A stretch of DNA of 64,000 bases from Candidatus Methylomirabilota bacterium. Its GTDB lineage: Bacteria > Methylomirabilota > Methylomirabilia > Rokubacteriales > CSP1-6. A program made the position numbers and the translations under genes. Below, piece after piece: positions 63,348 to 64,000 of this stretch. The stretch spans positions 266 through 64,265 of the forward strand of contig DATEDO010000024.1 of the NCBI GenBank assembly GCA_035281625.1, written 5' to 3'. The notes under the pieces were generated by a model, which worked only from the letters and a program-made list of their open reading frames with translations, did not search any database and was not told where the DNA came from. Each line of letters begins with the position of its first letter. Positions within the stretch are counted from its first letter, which is position 1.

Positions 63348-64000
63348 ATGGCCTGCCCGCAGTGCCGGCACGCGAACCTCCCCACCGCGAAGTTCTGTAG
63401 CAATTGCGGTACCCGTCTCGAGCTCGCATGTCCGGGGTGCGGGCACGGTAACGCCCCCACCAGCCGGTTCTGCGAGAATTGCGGCAGCGCGCTCGATCCG
63501 ACACGGAGCTCGGCGCCGGGCCTGGCCGCTTACACACCGCCCCACCTCGCCTCGCGGATCCTCACATCGCGCGGCGCCCTCGAAGGCGAGCGGAAGCAGG
63601 TCACCGTCCTCTTCGCCGACGTCCGGGGCTCCCTCGAGCTGCTCGCGGACCGTGACCCCGAGGAGGCGCGCCAGCTCCTGGACCCCGTCCTCGAGCGGAT
63701 GATGGAGGCCGTCCATCACTTCGAGGGCACGGTGAACCAGGTCATGGGCGACGGCATCATGGCGCTGTTCGGTGCACCGCTCGCCTGCGAAGACCACGCG
63801 TTGCGCGCCTGCTTCGCGGCCCTGCGCATGCAGGAAGCTTTCGGCCGCTACGCCGACGAGGTGCGCCGCACGCGCGGTGTCCCGCTGCATATCCGCGTCG
63901 GCCTGAACTCGGGCGAAGTGGTGGTGCGTTCCATCAGCAGCGATCTGCACATGGACTACACCGCGGTCGGGCAGACCACGCACCTCGCCGCTCGCATGGA
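63348..64000 (+). CDS. double zinc-ribbon / class III adenylate-guanylate cyclase domain protein, 3'-truncated by the window edge
   Basis: Not in the ORF track because no stop falls in the window. My own translation from ATG 63348 is open to nt 64000: CPQCRH..CSNCG and CPGCGH..CENCG ribbons, then VTVLFADVRGS...MGDGIMALFGAP...GLNSGEVVV...GQTTHLAARM. Confidence 0.85.
   Translation, partial: MACPQCRHANLPTAKFCSNCGTRLELACPGCGHGNAPTSRFCENCGSALDPTRSSAPGLAAYTPPHLASRILTSRGALEGERKQVTVLFADVRGSLELLADRDPEEARQLLDPVLERMMEAVHHFEGTVNQVMGDGIMALFGAPLACEDHALRACFAALRMQEAFGRYADEVRRTRGVPLHIRVGLNSGEVVVRSISSDLHMDYTAVGQTTHLAARM

Overview
High-G+C (about 70% by eye) bacterial chromosomal segment, almost fully coding. 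I call 69 protein-coding regions: two are cut by the window edges and one looks like a deletion remnant. I found no rRNA/tRNA genes, CRISPR array, transposase or integrase. Solute uptake dominates: two Liv-type ABC systems and a run of four binding-protein genes with no permeases. The rest is catabolic or redox enzymes (AOR, AKR, SDRs, LLM oxidoreductase, amidase, CoA-transferase, enolase-superfamily, cupins), envelope functions (HtrA, MtgA, VKOR-Trx, PhoD, a pilin-like gene), signalling (two class III cyclases) and haem synthesis (ferrochelatase plus a chlorite-dismutase-family protein). Many neighbours are translationally coupled (ATGA/GTGA/TGATG overlaps), and Tat-type signal peptides are common. 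Most long alternate-frame or antisense ORFs in the track are GC artefacts, and several track ORFs needed trimming to internal starts with Shine-Dalgarno support. The taxon is unknown; gene content and composition suggest an uncultivated high-GC soil lineage, which is a guess. Best candidates for something new: (1) an operon (24135->17850) pairing a RutB-like amidohydrolase with a ferritin-like diiron protein, a LivF-less importer and a lipoprotein hydrolase, possibly a flavin-independent N-compound catabolic route; (2) a low-GC islet with an auto-inhibited Fic gene and a 12-nt-periodic CGGACAT repeat array at its 5' end; (3) an AtzG/GatC-like mini-ORF coupled to an amidase; (4) a halogenase-signature flavoprotein divergent from the HemQ-like gene; (5) sigma54-type promoters, one in front of an orphan pilin, and a Pho-box-like palindrome array in front of phoD. 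All functional calls rest on motif and family recognition by eye. No database search was run.
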